In this document: positions 27,110 to 37,010 of the stretch, in pieces
How the letters are laid out: each line of letters begins with the position of its first letter
Position numbering within the stretch: the stretch's first letter is position 1
DNA from: an uncultured Chloroflexia bacterium
GTDB taxonomy: Bacteria; Chloroflexota; Chloroflexia; QHBQ01; JADMIH01
Length of the DNA stretch: 64,000 nt
Assembly (NCBI GenBank): GCA_963797095.1
Contig: CAWCNY010000002.1
Span: forward strand, 1,088,001-1,152,000
Direction of reading: 5' to 3'
Made by a program: the position numbers and the translations under genes
The notes under the pieces: generated by a model
Databases searched by the model: none
What the model was told of the DNA's origin: nothing
The model's input: the letters and a program-made list of their open reading frames with translations, nothing else

Positions 27110-27156
27110 TTGACACCTCACGCATCGCCCATGTTATACTTAGTGAAGCTAACTAT
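27110..27156 (+). promoter_or_regulatory. Promoter with overlapping putative MarR operator
   Basis: TTGACA, extended -10 TGnTATACT, imperfect palindrome ATACTTAG-tgaag-CTAACTAT. Confidence 0.55.
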
Positions 27157-27201
27157 TTATCACCCTAATATATATGGCACATAGAATTGGAGTTTAGAGA
27201 G

Positions 27202-27798
27202 ATGGCACACGCGATAAGGATCATGCCAGATAGCAAAGAAGCGGAGGCAATAATGGAGGCCGAGCGTCTTCACGACGAAGTGTTAGAATTGGCTGTTACC
27301 CATCTGATCGGCACCATGCCCAGGATGTTCAGGAACATCAAGCATGGTCTACGTTACACAGACGGTGATGGGCCATTTCGCGACCTGGGCGAGCAGCAAA
27401 TCTGGGTGCTGTACAACCTGTCCCGAGGCAGGCAATTGACCAGTGAGCTTGCTCGTGCCTTCAATGTAACCATGCCAACCATCACACGCGCAGTAGATAC
27501 CCTTGTGGAGAAGGGGTATGTCGAGCGCCAGCCTGACGACGAAGATAGGCGGCGCATTTATCTCCAGCTTACCGAGGCCGGGGCGCTGATAAGCGACTAT
27601 GCTCACGCACAGTTTCGCTCCGCTGTATCGCGCTACCTATCCCCCCTCGGTGATAGCCAACTTCGCGACGTCGTACTCGCTTGCAAGCATCTCGGTGCGC
27701 TGCTGCCCGAAGGCTTGTACGATTACGAAGGGGTTTGCCCTGTCCGCCCTGATGAGCTTTCCAGGGACGAGAAGAACGCTTCGGGCGCGATTGCATAA
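27202..27798 (+). CDS. MarR family transcriptional regulator
   Basis: SELA....T.PTITR.VD.L.EKG.VER..D..DRR...L.LT..G. Confidence 0.92.
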   Translation: MAHAIRIMPDSKEAEAIMEAERLHDEVLELAVTHLIGTMPRMFRNIKHGLRYTDGDGPFRDLGEQQIWVLYNLSRGRQLTSELARAFNVTMPTITRAVDTLVEKGYVERQPDDEDRRRIYLQLTEAGALISDYAHAQFRSAVSRYLSPLGDSQLRDVVLACKHLGALLPEGLYDYEGVCPVRPDELSRDEKNASGAIA

Positions 27799-27855
27799 GC
27801 GAATTGGTTCAAATAGGGCTGCACTAATCAAGACATTCGAGGAGAACGTACCATA

Positions 27856-29778
27856 ATGGAAAATAGGACTGACAGAGGCCGGTCGGCGGCGCAAGGAGTC
27901 GTGGCGACCCAGGCCTCAACAGCAGCACCGGCGGCAGGCGCACAGCCAAAGGTTTATTCACGCGGGCAGGTGCTGGCGGTGATGGCGAGCGTGTTGCTCG
28001 GCATCCTGTTGGCTGCCCTTGACCAGACTATTGTAGGCCCGGCGCTCCCCAAGATTATCGGCGAGTTGCAAGGCTTCGACCAGTATTCATGGGTGGTGAC
28101 CATCTATCTGCTCACCTCCACAATCAGCGTGCCTATCATCGGCAAGTTGTCCGACATGTATGGGCGCAAGTGGTTCTACGTAGCAGGCATCGTTACATTT
28201 GTGATCGGCTCGGCTTTGTCGGGCTTGAGCGCTGATATGCTCCAGCTAATCATCTTCAGGGGCTTCCAGGGTCTTGGAGCCGGTATGCTGTTCGGTATCG
28301 CGTTCGCCATCATAGCCGATGTTATTCCTCCGGCGGATCGAGGCAAGTGGCAGGGTGTGTTTGGGTCGGTGTTCGGCCTGGCTTCGGTAGTTGGTCCCAC
28401 CATTGGCGGTTTCCTCACCGATAACCTGAGCTGGCGCTGGGTTTTCTACGTAAATGTGCCCGTAGGTGTGCTGGCTATCGCTGTGCTGCTATTCTCCTTC
28501 CCAAGAGAGGATAGAGCGCACGTTCAGAAGTCAATCGACTGGATCGGCGCTGGGGCGCTGGTTGCTTCTATCACGCCGCTCCTGTTGGCACTGTCGTTCG
28601 GTGGCAAAGATTGGGCCTGGGACTCATGGCAGATCATCGGCTCGTTCGCGATGGCCGCGATCTTCCTGGCCGTCTTCCTCTTCGCCGAGAGTCGAGCCAA
28701 AGAGCCTATCATCCCGCTCGATATATTCAAGAACGACATCTTCACCGTGTCCTCAATTACGGTCTTTATGACCGGCCTGGGGCTGTTCGGGGCTGTGATC
28801 TACATACCCCTCTTTATCCAGGCCATCCAGGGTGGTAGCGCCACCAGCAGCGGCAACGCTGTTACCCCCATGACCCTGTCAATCGTGGTTTCCAGCGTGA
28901 TCACAGGCCAGATCGTGTCGCGCCTGGGTAAGTATCGGATCATAGGTATCGTGGGCATGGCGATGGTGACGCTCGGCATGACCCTGCTCTGGACCATGAA
29001 TGTGGATACACCCCGACTGACCACTATCATCTACATGATCATTATGGGTCTGGGGTTGGGTGTGGCCTTCCCGCTCTATACATTGGTGGTGCAGAATGCA
29101 TTCCCCTTCCAGCGCGTCGGCGTGGTAACGGCGGCTCTCCAATTCTTCCGCTCGATCGGTAGCACGGTGGGCACAGCGGTGCTCGGTACGCTGGTGAACA
29201 CCCAGTTCCACGACCGCTTCCCAGTGGAGTTGGCTAACCAGGTCAAGCAACTCCCGCCGGATGTGGCCTCTAACATACCTGTAGATCAACTTGTGGCCCA
29301 TCTTGGCAACATCAACCCACAGGCGCTGTTGAGCGATGGTGGCGTGGATGCGCTGACCTCCCAACTTACCCAGAGTGGGGTGCCATCAACGTTCGTAGGC
29401 ACTCTCGTCGACCTGATTTTCAAGGCTATGAAGCCCGCCCTCTTCGGCGGCATCCAGACCGCCTTCCTCATCGGCGCGATAATGCTGGCGCTCGGCCTGG
29501 TCGCCACGATCTTCCTCCGCGAAATCCCGTTGCGCAAGAGCAATATGCCGGTCGCGGCGATGGCTGAAGGTGGTCACGTCTCACCGGAGGAAGGCCAGCC
29601 GGGAGCCAATGGGCGTGTGCCCGCTGCGAGCAGCGGCAACCGGACTTCCGGCAACGGGTATCGTCCAACCCTCGAAGGCGAACTGGCCGAAGCAGGCCAG
29701 GAGTTCGCCGCAAGCGGCCTACCGGGCGCTACCTCCCTCGACGCCGACTATGAACCACGGGTTGGCGACGCGGAATGA
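27856..29778 (+). CDS. MFS drug:H+ antiporter, DHA2 (EmrB/QacA) family
   Basis: LDQTIV, GKLSD.YGRK, GPTIGG.L.D..SWRWVFYVN. Confidence 0.93.
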   Translation: MENRTDRGRSAAQGVVATQASTAAPAAGAQPKVYSRGQVLAVMASVLLGILLAALDQTIVGPALPKIIGELQGFDQYSWVVTIYLLTSTISVPIIGKLSDMYGRKWFYVAGIVTFVIGSALSGLSADMLQLIIFRGFQGLGAGMLFGIAFAIIADVIPPADRGKWQGVFGSVFGLASVVGPTIGGFLTDNLSWRWVFYVNVPVGVLAIAVLLFSFPREDRAHVQKSIDWIGAGALVASITPLLLALSFGGKDWAWDSWQIIGSFAMAAIFLAVFLFAESRAKEPIIPLDIFKNDIFTVSSITVFMTGLGLFGAVIYIPLFIQAIQGGSATSSGNAVTPMTLSIVVSSVITGQIVSRLGKYRIIGIVGMAMVTLGMTLLWTMNVDTPRLTTIIYMIIMGLGLGVAFPLYTLVVQNAFPFQRVGVVTAALQFFRSIGSTVGTAVLGTLVNTQFHDRFPVELANQVKQLPPDVASNIPVDQLVAHLGNINPQALLSDGGVDALTSQLTQSGVPSTFVGTLVDLIFKAMKPALFGGIQTAFLIGAIMLALGLVATIFLREIPLRKSNMPVAAMAEGGHVSPEEGQPGANGRVPAASSGNRTSGNGYRPTLEGELAEAGQEFAASGLPGATSLDADYEPRVGDAE

Positions 29779-29796
29779 GTCTCACATAATCTGGTT

Positions 29797-29843
29797 CTAA
29801 AAAGGCAAAAATGGTGGCGCAGCCACCATTTTTGCCTTTTTAG
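29797..29843. terminator. Intrinsic terminator (perfect 22-bp stem)
   Basis: CTAAAAAGGCAAAAATGGTGGC-gca-GCCACCATTTTTGCCTTTTTAG. Confidence 0.9.
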
Positions 29844-31141
29844 GGACTCTCAAGAAATTAACAAGCCTGGGAGTAGAGTGGAGCAGGAGTGATGTCGAGA
29901 AACCATTTGCCCAACGTTTTATGGCGTATGAGTTGCCCTTCTACTGCCTTCATCGCCTCTTTGCTCAGTTTCACCCCACTGGCATACCTTGTTGTCACCA
30001 GTTCCACTGCCGGTCGGCGCCCCTTCCAGGTCATCGTCCCCGCATACGCAATTACTGCCTCTATGGAGTCGAGTAATGCACCGTTCCAATGGTTTTCCAG
30101 GATGCCCCAACAGCGCTCAACCGCATTGTACTTGCTGTGGTACGGTGGGTAGTAAGCCAGCCGCACCTTTATCCCGTAGTCCGATGCGAAATTCAGCAGT
30201 CGCTGCACGAATTGGGTGCGCCGACTGTGGTTCTCCGGTCCATTATCCAGATTGATCACCAGCGTCCTGATTGTGGCGAAGCGACTGCGCACGCTCTGCC
30301 ACCACTGCTCCAGACAATCGACCAGGCAGTCACTCGTCACTTTGGAAGTAATGCCATATAGAAACAATTCGTTCGACTGGGGTAGCATAATCCCCACTGG
30401 CGTCACCTTTGCCAGCGCTTCAAAGTCGTGGTCAGCGGCTGCGGTCGGCACACGAGACTTACCACCACGGGAGAATGGCCCGACTAAAACAGCCGCTTTG
30501 GCGTCCATAGAAATGCGCAATTCCCTCTCATTAGCATCGGCTGCGCGATTGACCGCATTTACTTGCTCGAAGATGGCATCAGTTTGGGGGACTTTTTTTG
30601 GGGTTGCGACTTGGCAACCTTCTTGGGGTAGTAGCCCAGGTCATTCAACTTGCCCCCGATGGTTTCTGGGGTAGGCAACTGCGGGTCGGTGTAGCCCTTT
30701 TGCGCGATCAACTGACGGCGCACTTCGGCGGCAGAGAGGCGGGTATAGAGGCGGTTAGTACGAAACTGAGGATCAGCCTGGCTCTGGCTATCGACTATAG
30801 CTTGCAGATCCGGTAATAGGTTGGGCAGATGAACTTCTGACCGCTTGCGGCCACGCGCAGCGAAAGCATCGACACATCTGATGCCAGTGTCAAGTTCATG
30901 GATACCTTTGCGAATAGTCATGCGGCCCCAGTGCAGTTCACGGGCTGCGAGAGCTTGACCACCAGGACCGAGTTCTTTGACGGTACGGGCCATAAACAAG
31001 CGGCGGTCACTGCCTTTGAGGGACTTAGCGGTCTCGATTAGCATTGTCTTGAGAGAGTTGGTTAGTTCCATCAACATACCTCCAGAGTGTGATCACTGGA
31101 GTATAACACCAGAAGAGGCTAGTTTATTCATCGAGAGTCCC
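29843..31141 (-). mobile_element. ISAzo13-family insertion sequence
   Basis: Terminal IRs GGGACTCTC / GAGAGTCCC with TTA duplicated on both flanks; transposase inside. Confidence 0.9.
29858..31077 (-). CDS. ISAzo13 DDE transposase split by a programmed -1 frameshift
   Basis: ORF A 30559-31077 plus ORF B; A-AAA-AAG at 30592-30598 gives QKK-VPQTDAIF...ISMDAK, DNGPEN, YYPPYHSKYN..ER.W. Confidence 0.85.
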
Positions 31142-31169
31142 TTAGAAAGCTAAGGGCAGGTTGCTGGAA

Positions 31170-31295
31170 AAGGGGGTGCATGGGCGCTCCCCTGCCGGGC
31201 GGGTGCCCTTTGGCGACTGGGGCGTCTCGCAACTCTTCACTCACTATTTACTCCCCTCTCTCCCCTCTCCTCGCTTCATGCAAGGAGAAGGGTGC
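31170..31295. repeat. Degenerate GC-rich REP-like palindromes
   Basis: GGGGGTGCA..CCCCTGCC and CCCCTCTCCT...AGGAGAAGGG hairpins in non-coding DNA. Confidence 0.4.
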
Positions 31296-31344
31296 TAGCC
31301 CGCACTCACCTATGGGTTCCAACGCAAAACCCATCCCAAACTCA

Positions 31345-31371
31345 TGTCGATCCATAGCACATCTATTCGTC
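31345..31371 (+). promoter_or_regulatory. ECF42-type promoter
   Basis: TGTCGA-N17-CGTC upstream of the DGPF gene. Confidence 0.75.
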
Positions 31372-31458
31372 TATATATCAGACGAGGGCACAGGCTGACA
31401 CTCTCGTCCGAGATGTATAATCCAACAGATATGGACCAGAGTTAGGAGGACCAAGAAA

Positions 31459-31800
31459 ATGCCGCGTTACATGTTGATCCTGAAGGATAGCGGAGACGAC
31501 TGGGCAAGCTATACGCCTGAGCAGGCCCAGGGAATGATGCAGAAGTATTACGATTGGTCGCGTGAGATAGCCGAGAAGGGCATCTCCCTGGCGGGCGACC
31601 CCCTGACCGAGGGTGGCCGCGTGCTCGCGGTGCGGGATGGTGCTGTGGTAGACGGCCCGTACACCGAGACCAAAGAGAGTATCGCCGGGTACTACATCAT
31701 CAAAGCCGGCGACTACGACAGCGCCGTAGAAATCGCGAAGGGCTGCCCTGCCCTGCTTCACGGCGGTATCGTAGAAGTCCGCGAAGTGCAGGAAGTTTAG
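31459..31800 (+). CDS. YciI/DGPF family protein
   Basis: VVDGPYTETKE.IAGYY..A; VEVR. Confidence 0.92.
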   Translation: MPRYMLILKDSGDDWASYTPEQAQGMMQKYYDWSREIAEKGISLAGDPLTEGGRVLAVRDGAVVDGPYTETKESIAGYYIIKAGDYDSAVEIAKGCPALLHGGIVEVREVQEV

Positions 31801-31815
31801 CGTCGCTAGCACACC

Positions 31816-31842
31816 AGGGGCGAGGCATAACTCGCCCCTACA
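31816..31842 (-). repeat. GTAG-type REP palindrome
   Basis: TGTAGGGGCGAG-ttatgc-CTCGCCCCT on the minus strand; related copy at 48078-48107. Confidence 0.7.
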
Positions 31843-31887
31843 CCCCAACAATCCATTCCACATTCCGAACTCCGAACTTCCCACTAA

Positions 31888-31975
31888 AAAACTGTACCAA
31901 AGTACACCCCAAAACCTGTCCCGTTTTGCCCCACCTTTACCATATAGTACCCACCTTTACCATATAGTATATGAG
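31888..31975 (+). repeat. Dispersed ~65-bp element, copy B, with internal 20-bp tandem duplication
   Basis: AAAACTGTACCAAAGTACACCCCAAAACCTGTCC; CCCACCTTTACCATATAGTA x2. Confidence 0.8.
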
Positions 31976-32058
31976 GGCAAGAATAACCATCCATCTACCA
32001 CATATCAAAAACCATAACGATTGATCGTACGAAATATGGGACCGAACAGGAGGCAACC

Positions 32059-32517
32059 ATGTCCAATATTATTCACACACAAGCTACCGTTGAACGTGAG
32101 CCTGGGCGAGCCTTTGAACTGTTCGTCGAAAGCAGTTTGGTAGGCTCGTGGCTGGTCGACCGGGCCGAGATCGAGCCGCGAGTTGGTGGCAAGTACGATG
32201 TGTTGTGGGACTATGAGCATTACACAGCGGGTACGGCGGGCTGCAAGGTGACGGGAATCGAGCTGGGCAAGTTCATCCCATTCGAGTGGAAAGGTCCGCC
32301 GCAGTTCCAACACACCATGAACGAGGCCGATCCCCTAACGCATCTGGTCGTCTTCTTCATACCTTCAGGAGAGTCCAGCACCGAAGTGCATCTCATCCAT
32401 ACAGGGTGGGGTAGCTCGCCCGAATGGGAGGAGGCGCGACAGTGGTTTGTCGAAGCCTGGGAGCTGGCCTTCAGCCATCTTGCAAAGCACGTTGCGAGCG
32501 CCGTCCCCGTCGCGTAG
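32059..32517 (+). CDS. SRPBCC/AHSA1-like domain protein
   Basis: W...A.IEPRVGG.Y, F.W.GPP, T.V.L.H.GW, W..A. Confidence 0.85.
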   Translation: MSNIIHTQATVEREPGRAFELFVESSLVGSWLVDRAEIEPRVGGKYDVLWDYEHYTAGTAGCKVTGIELGKFIPFEWKGPPQFQHTMNEADPLTHLVVFFIPSGESSTEVHLIHTGWGSSPEWEEARQWFVEAWELAFSHLAKHVASAVPVA

Positions 32518-32524
32518 GCTTGTT

Positions 32525-33793
32525 ATGGATAACGCCAACGTTTCCCTGGCAGTTGCCCATCTGTTCCGTCATCAAGCTGGGCAGGCGGTTTCCACTCTCA
32601 CGCGCATCTTCGGCCCGGAGCATCTGGACCTGGCCGAGGACGTGGTTCAAGACACTCTGATCAAAGCCCTCAAAGTGTGGCCCTACCAGGGCATCCCGGA
32701 GAACCCGGCTGCGTGGATCATGCGGGTCGCCAAGAACGGCGCACTCGACGTGCTCAGGCGCGAACGAAGTCTACGCGACAAGGTGGACGATATCGCTCGC
32801 TTGCCCGAACATAGCTCGGTCCACACCGACGAGGTCGACATAGATGGCGACCGTGAGTTATGGGATGATCAACTTGGCATGATGTTCATGTGCTGCCACC
32901 CTGCCCTGTCGCGCCCCGCCAGGGTGGCCCTCACCCTCAAGACGCTGGGCGGCTTCGGCGTGCCCGAGATAGCACGGGCCTTCCTGGCCGAAGAAGCCAC
33001 GATTGCTCAACGGTTGGTGCGGGCCAAGCGCACCCTGCGAGAAATGCGCGTACCCTTCGAGATGCCTGAGCGCCAGCACCTGCCCGCCCGCCTCGATTCG
33101 GTGCTCGATGTCCTCTACCTCCTCTTCAATGAGGGGTACAGCGCCCACAGCGGAGCGGAACTGGTGCGGCAGGACCTCTGCGCCGAGGCGATCAGGCTGA
33201 CATCCATGCTGGCCCAACACCCCGTTGGCGATCTGCCCAGGGTGCATGCCCTTCTTGCGCTGATGCTGCTCCAGGCGTCGAGGTTGCCAGCGCGTACGGA
33301 CGACCATGGCAATATCCTCTTGCTGCGCGAGCAAGATCGCTCCTTGTGGGATCGCGCCTTGATTAACATGGGCTTGACCGAGTTGGCGCAATCCGCTACC
33401 GGCGATACGGTCAGCGAGTACCACCTGCAAGCAGGCATCGCATCCATCCATGCCCTCGCGACCACCTACGAGGAAACAGAGTGGTGGCGAATCTTGATGC
33501 AGTACAACGCCCTTATGCAGATCGCCCCCTCACCCGTGGTGGCGCTCAACCGGGCGGTGGCGCTGGCGATGGTGAAAGGCCCGCAGGTGGGATTGCAAGA
33601 GTTGGATCGCGTAATGGGTATGGCCGGGATGGAGGGGTATTATCTCTTCTATGCGACTTTAGGCGAGTTCCTCAAAGAAACGGGTGACAGGGCGGGTGCG
33701 GCAGTGGCCTATCGTAGCGCGCTCGACCTGGTAACCACCGCTCCTGAACATCGGTTCTTGCAGAGTAAACTGGCCGAGTGCGAAGTCGAATAA
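32525..33793 (+). CDS. ECF42-type sigma factor with C-terminal TPR/DUF6596 extension
   Basis: AEDVVQD..AL..WP..G.P.NP.AW, CCHPAL, IAQRLVRAK, YLLFNEGY, QDRSLWD, SPVVALNRAVA. Confidence 0.93.
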   Translation: MDNANVSLAVAHLFRHQAGQAVSTLTRIFGPEHLDLAEDVVQDTLIKALKVWPYQGIPENPAAWIMRVAKNGALDVLRRERSLRDKVDDIARLPEHSSVHTDEVDIDGDRELWDDQLGMMFMCCHPALSRPARVALTLKTLGGFGVPEIARAFLAEEATIAQRLVRAKRTLREMRVPFEMPERQHLPARLDSVLDVLYLLFNEGYSAHSGAELVRQDLCAEAIRLTSMLAQHPVGDLPRVHALLALMLLQASRLPARTDDHGNILLLREQDRSLWDRALINMGLTELAQSATGDTVSEYHLQAGIASIHALATTYEETEWWRILMQYNALMQIAPSPVVALNRAVALAMVKGPQVGLQELDRVMGMAGMEGYYLFYATLGEFLKETGDRAGAAVAYRSALDLVTTAPEHRFLQSKLAECEVE

Positions 33794-33880
33794 CGGTGGG
33801 AGAATAAGTCACAAAAATGCGCAACCTTGCGATCATTTGTTCGTCCAATGGATGGGCACCCAATAATTGTCGAGGAGATT

Positions 33881-36598
33881 ATGATGGCAAGGTTTCGGAG
33901 AGGGGCGCAGCTTATCGCGCTGATCGCACTCTTCATATCGCTCTTCCATGCGCCTCAGGTACATGCTCAGAGCGACACGCGATACTTCCCTGAGACAGGG
34001 CGGACGGTCCAGGGACGCTTTCTTCAATATTGGAACGACAACGGTGGTCTGATGCAGCAGGGCTACCCGATCTCTACCGAGATGCAGGAACGCTCGGATA
34101 CGGACGGCAAGATATACACAGTCCAATACTTCGAGCGGGCGGTGTTCGAGAAGCACCCTGAGAACGCATACCCATTTGATGTGCTTTTGAGCCTGCTGGG
34201 CGTGCAGAAATATAAGTCGAAGTACCCGGACGGCGCGCCTAACCAGCGCCCGAACGACGAAGCAGGCTCGGTCTACTTCAAGGATACGGGCAAGCGCGTG
34301 GGCGGCTCCTTCCTGGTCTACTTCAACGAGTTTGGTGGAGTGCCCCAACAGGGCCTGCCCATCTCAGATGAGTTCCAGGAGAGGTCGGAGCTTGACGGCA
34401 AGGTGCGCACCGTCCAGTACTTCGAGCGCGCCGTGTTCGAGTGGAACCCCGACAACACGCCTCCATACAATGTGTTGCTCGCGCAGTTGGGCACATTCGC
34501 CTATAAGGCGAAATACGAGCAGCCCGCCCCGCCCCCCTTACTGGAGCCACAACTCCCTGAGCCGCTCGACCCCACCAAGAACCAATATTCCCCTCAGGCT
34601 TCGGGACGCTATATGGTCTGGAATGAAGGCAACGTATCCGGCTCTTATGGGCAAATCCCAATCGAATTCGATATTCGAGCCTTGGACCTCGCGACCAACA
34701 AGCCAATAACCGTCACAACCGCACCGGGAAATCAAATTGAGTTCGCGCTGGATGGCTCGTTAGTAGCATGGGAAAACGAGAACTATGGCTGCGACAACTG
34801 CCCACCCAACGGTCTGTACGCCACCGACCTTGCGACCGGGCAGGAATACGTGATCGCACTGGACGACGTAAGCGGCAACCCGTTAACTATGCGCGACCCC
34901 GCTGTGGCAGGAAGATACGTGATCTGGCGAGAGATCGGCAACAACAATAGACAACGCCTCCTTATGGAAAATGTCGATACAGGCGCTAACTTTGAGCTAC
35001 GATCTCTACTTGAGGGCACACCGGATGTGCAGACGGATATAGGTAATGTGCAGGGCAGTGGCCGGTTCGTAGTGTGGAGTGAGAGGTCCGGCATTGCTTT
35101 GCCATCCGATCCCGGCAACAGTAACCCTCTCTATCCGTTCAGCATCCATGTCTACGATATTGCTACAGATCGCCAGTTTGTCGTGATGCAAAACGACACG
35201 CCGGGCGCAATTACCTATGATATTCCGGCGTTCTCTTTGAGCGGCAACACACTGGCGGTGGCGGACAAAGAAGGCAATATCATCCTCATAGACCTCGTAA
35301 CGCGCACGCAGGTTGATATGCCCATCGCTCAGGATGTATTCGACCTGCACCTGTACGGTGATAAGCTCCTGATCAACACAACCTTTGAGTCTACCGACAT
35401 CTGGGGCCTTGACCTATCCAAGCCTGAACACGAGCCTGTGCCTTTACTGCAACCTCCCGCGGGCACGCCTGCCCAACGGATGCCAAGATATACGGCCACG
35501 ATAGCGGGTGACTGGCTGGTATGGAGCGAGGCCACCGCCCCCCAACCAAGACTATCTAAGAAAATGCTGGACCTGACTCCTGCTGGGCCATCGAGCGAGT
35601 TGTTGCCCCCGCTGCCACCGCCCGATAAATACAGGGAGCAGAATCTGGTAGCCGCTTCCGACCACGCTGTGGTCTGGTGGGATTGTGCCGTCAATGGGCG
35701 AACCGAGGGCCAGCCTGTGTGCAGGTTGCGCGGCTTCAATCTTGGTCTCAATACGGAATTCACGACCCTACCGGACCTGAACCCGGAAACGGCTGTTGAG
35801 GTGGTATTGTCGGGTGGCCTGTTGGTATGGCGCACCAACTCGATATGCTCCGGCTGCCCAGATATCGGTATCTATGCTGTCGACCTCGATAGTGGGAAGT
35901 CATACACAGTAGTCAGCGGTCCAGTGAATAGATACAATGTGGCCGCTTACGGCAACACCGTTGTATGGATAGAGGAGGACGCGAACTCGGTGCGGGTGAT
36001 GGGCAAGAACCTTGACACAGGCGAGTACAAGAACTACAGAGAGCTTAGTACGACCCCACCCACTATCTCCAACCTCCAGATCACCGACCAGTACCTCGCG
36101 TGGAATGAGCAGGACACCGAACACCTGGATGGTAAGAAATCGCATATCCAGGTCTACAACCGAGGCACAGGTGATCTGTCTAGAGCCTACTCCTACGACT
36201 GGAACGAGTTCACGATCAGGTCCTTACGTATCGCGCTAGATGGCACCCGCCTGGCCGTGAAGTATGCCGATACCTTCTTCGTGCGCGACCTGTTGAACGA
36301 TACCGACACGAACCTGGACGGAAGCAGTTTCACAGTGTGGATGCAACTAAGAGAGGATGCATTGGTATACGCAAGCGCGCCAACAGACCCCGGCCCCTAC
36401 GGCGGCATCACAGGCGTGGGCATCTACGGGATCGACCTCAAAGACCCTGGGAACACTCTTACCCTGGTGCCCAGGCATGAATCGGGAACTGAGTACTACA
36501 CAAGTGCGCTGGCGGGCCCCTGGCTCATCTATTCCAACCGCAACGCCCAACAATCGCGTCTGCTGTCTCTACGGCTGCCCGAGTCGCTTTGGAGATAG
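33881..36598 (+). CDS. Secreted 'FPETG/QYFER' repeat protein with two TolB-like beta-propeller regions
   Basis: Signal peptide, two repeats, recurrent G..VVW.E...YDL.T motifs; GAGGAG RBS. Confidence 0.8.
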   Translation: MMARFRRGAQLIALIALFISLFHAPQVHAQSDTRYFPETGRTVQGRFLQYWNDNGGLMQQGYPISTEMQERSDTDGKIYTVQYFERAVFEKHPENAYPFDVLLSLLGVQKYKSKYPDGAPNQRPNDEAGSVYFKDTGKRVGGSFLVYFNEFGGVPQQGLPISDEFQERSELDGKVRTVQYFERAVFEWNPDNTPPYNVLLAQLGTFAYKAKYEQPAPPPLLEPQLPEPLDPTKNQYSPQASGRYMVWNEGNVSGSYGQIPIEFDIRALDLATNKPITVTTAPGNQIEFALDGSLVAWENENYGCDNCPPNGLYATDLATGQEYVIALDDVSGNPLTMRDPAVAGRYVIWREIGNNNRQRLLMENVDTGANFELRSLLEGTPDVQTDIGNVQGSGRFVVWSERSGIALPSDPGNSNPLYPFSIHVYDIATDRQFVVMQNDTPGAITYDIPAFSLSGNTLAVADKEGNIILIDLVTRTQVDMPIAQDVFDLHLYGDKLLINTTFESTDIWGLDLSKPEHEPVPLLQPPAGTPAQRMPRYTATIAGDWLVWSEATAPQPRLSKKMLDLTPAGPSSELLPPLPPPDKYREQNLVAASDHAVVWWDCAVNGRTEGQPVCRLRGFNLGLNTEFTTLPDLNPETAVEVVLSGGLLVWRTNSICSGCPDIGIYAVDLDSGKSYTVVSGPVNRYNVAAYGNTVVWIEEDANSVRVMGKNLDTGEYKNYRELSTTPPTISNLQITDQYLAWNEQDTEHLDGKKSHIQVYNRGTGDLSRAYSYDWNEFTIRSLRIALDGTRLAVKYADTFFVRDLLNDTDTNLDGSSFTVWMQLREDALVYASAPTDPGPYGGITGVGIYGIDLKDPGNTLTLVPRHESGTEYYTSALAGPWLIYSNRNAQQSRLLSLRLPESLWR

Positions 36599-36694
36599 GG
36601 CAGGCGGTCTGAGAGGGGTAAGAGGCAAATCGCATACCAATCACCCCTATTATTAGATGCAGGTTTGCGAACACAGAATCTGTTTCTAAGAACG

Positions 36695-36730
36695 CCCCTC
36701 CCCAAAACTTGGGGAGGGGTTGGGGTGGGG
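36695..36730. repeat. REP-like hairpin
   Basis: CCCCTCCCCAA-aac-TTGGGGAGGGG followed by TTGGGGTGGGG. Confidence 0.6.
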
Positions 36731-36799
36731 TCTTTGGGTACTACCGAATTGCTCTATACATGAACCTAAAATTCGGGGTGACTGCCGTTCCTGTCGGAT

Positions 36800-36968
36800 G
36801 CTTGGGCGTCTTCTCAGCGTGGGACTAGAACCACACGAAGTTATCTTCGTTGACGACCACATCGAATGCACCGATGGTGCTTGCGACCTCGGCATCCACG
36901 GCGTACTGTACAGGGACAATGCCCAACTAATCGGAGAGATTCAGGCACTTCTCGCGTCGGAAGAGTAG
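36800..36968 (+). pseudogene. C-terminal remnant of a HAD-family hydrolase
   Basis: P.EVIFVDD...GA..LGIH motif IV; no N-terminal DxD motif or start. Confidence 0.55.
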
Positions 36969-37010
36969 CGCACGAAAGATATCCCTGCCCGTTGGTGGGG
37001 TCAAAGAGGA

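Noticed and set aside
30559-30600. ISAzo13 transposase as a pseudogene
   Set aside because: The break falls exactly on a canonical A-AAA-AAG slippery site with intact IRs and TSD.
33820-33845. GCAACC-N15-CGTC as an ECF promoter for the 33881 gene
   Set aside because: Plausible but a single short match that differs from the ECF42 consensus; not supportable alone.
17680-34510. Similar repeat modules as a DGR template/variable pair
   Set aside because: No reverse transcriptase; both copies are coding and differences are not visibly adenine-specific.
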